From assembly GCF_004010195.1 (NCBI RefSeq), contig NC_057720.1, positions 1,930,184 through 1,992,701 on the forward strand: a stretch of 62,518 nucleotides of DNA, given 5' to 3'. Below the pieces are notes generated by a model. The model saw nothing but the letters and a program-made list of their open reading frames with translations, was not told the origin of the DNA and did no database searches. Shown one piece after another: positions 62,291 through 62,518 of this stretch (within the stretch, counting starts at the first letter, position 1; the number at the start of each line of letters is the position of its first letter). Position numbers and translations under genes: made by a program. The DNA is from Chiloscyllium plagiosum. Taxonomy: Eukaryota.

Positions 62291-62518
62291 AGGAGGTAAA
62301 AACAATGACTGCAGATGCTGGAAACCAGATTCTGGATCAGAGTGGTGCTGGAAAAGCACAGCAGTTCAGGCAACATCCGAGGAGCAGTAAAATCGACGTA
62401 TCAGGCAAAAGCCCTTCATCAGGAATACAGGCAGAGAGCCTGAAGGGTGGAGAGATAAATGAGAGGAGGGTGGGGGTGGGGAGAAAGTAGCATAGAGTAC
62501 AATAGGTGAGTGAGAGAG
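62291..62518 (-). mobile_element. Penelope-like element 3' end (runs off the window)
   Basis: Terminal repeat with a mutated hammerhead core (CTGATGA...GATAC GTC). Confidence 0.85.

Overview
Repeat-dense, apparently non-genic (intronic or intergenic) vertebrate DNA. The repeats point to a cartilaginous fish, probably a shark: HE1-type V-SINEs, CR1 LINEs with SGNH-esterase ORF1, Deu-domain SINE remnants and Penelope-like elements. I found no host protein-coding exon, RNA gene or CRISPR array; the recognisable ORFs are retroelement fragments or artefacts of tandem repeats and N gaps. Points of interest: (i) Penelope-derived elements from several subfamilies, many of them short hairpins with ~12-19 bp target-site duplications and minimal hammerhead-ribozyme cores (CTGANGA...GAAA with a palindromic helix III); (ii) seven separate arrays of one 33-bp stem-loop unit that seems to amplify out of the same position in a Deu-type SINE; (iii) a nested Penelope/CR1/SINE cluster at 30.3-39.1 kb, including a 69-bp locally templated insertion; (iv) unusual insertion junctions; (v) a possible Harbinger Myb/SANT gene relic; (vi) a few repeat-free, motif-rich enhancer candidates. 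Family names come from recalled motifs, not database searches, and boundaries are approximate.
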